Below are positions 63,616-64,000 of a DNA stretch of 64,000 nucleotides, in pieces (the first letter of the stretch is position 1; every line of letters begins with the position of its first letter). A model generated the notes under the pieces. That model had not been told where the DNA came from, made no database searches, and was given only the letters and a program-made list of their open reading frames with translations. Made by a program: the position numbers and the translations under genes. The stretch lies in NCBI GenBank assembly GCA_038087875.1, contig JAXLNO010000680.1:62001-126000 (forward strand). The letters are read 5' to 3'. This DNA is from Malacoraja senta. Lineage: Eukaryota.

Positions 63616-64000
63616 CCAAAGATCCTATAGCGAGCAAGATAGCCCACTCGACCAAAAAGACGTAGTACGGTCATGGGCAGATTGATGGGTAATTTTCGGC
63701 CCCATTTCCGTAACCGGCTTCCGTCTCTGCACCAAAGATCCCATAGCGGAGCAAAGATAACTAGTGCGGAGACGGAAGCCGGTTACGGAAACATCCTCGT
63801 AAAAATAAAAGTTCTTTGGTAAAAAATCTTCTCCTCATTTTCAGAGTTATAATTTATTAACACAAACTGTTCCCCCGCAACGTTGATGACACTGCGGGTC
63901 GGGTCGGGTTACTGAAATGGATGAAAAACACAAGGCCCACGTTCCGTTCCGTTGCGTACTACACGTCAGCCCATTGCATTTAGCAGGAGTGGTCTATCTT
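63616..64000. mobile_element. Unclassified TIR-type element running off the window end
   Basis: The left motif gagcaagatagcccactc is inverted at the window end (gagtggtctatctt). A related fragment lies at about 50848-51000 in opposite orientation. Confidence 0.55.

Overview
Repeat-dense vertebrate genomic DNA, almost certainly from a cartilaginous fish (probably a skate or ray), inferred from an HE1-type SINE and its CR1/HER1-type partner LINE. Only one host exon is recognisable: a 145-nt minus-strand RasGAP-domain exon (9635-9779) most similar to SYNGAP1. A 200-N assembly gap lies at 21853-22052. The rest is mostly nested transposon debris: 5'-truncated CR1 LINEs, HE1-like V-SINEs, Penelope-like GIY-YIG elements, L2, Tx1 and Rex1/Babar fragments, PIF/Harbinger-like and hAT-like MITEs, and a deleted LTR retrovirus with a tRNA-Pro primer site. 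The most striking signal is roughly 40 copies (counted by eye) of a minimal hammerhead-ribozyme-like motif from Penelope pseudo-LTRs. Several occur as stand-alone 90-190 bp insertions with 10-13 bp target-site duplications, and one recurrent variant has an altered core. Also notable: GC-rich non-coding retroelements sharing a covarying hairpin but carrying different LINE-type tails (one begins with a CTCF consensus), a perfect 43-bp-arm palindrome with a third copy, and an old ~5-kb tandem duplication. Family names come from recalled motifs, not database searches. Repeat boundaries are approximate unless TSDs are given, and not every repeat copy is listed.
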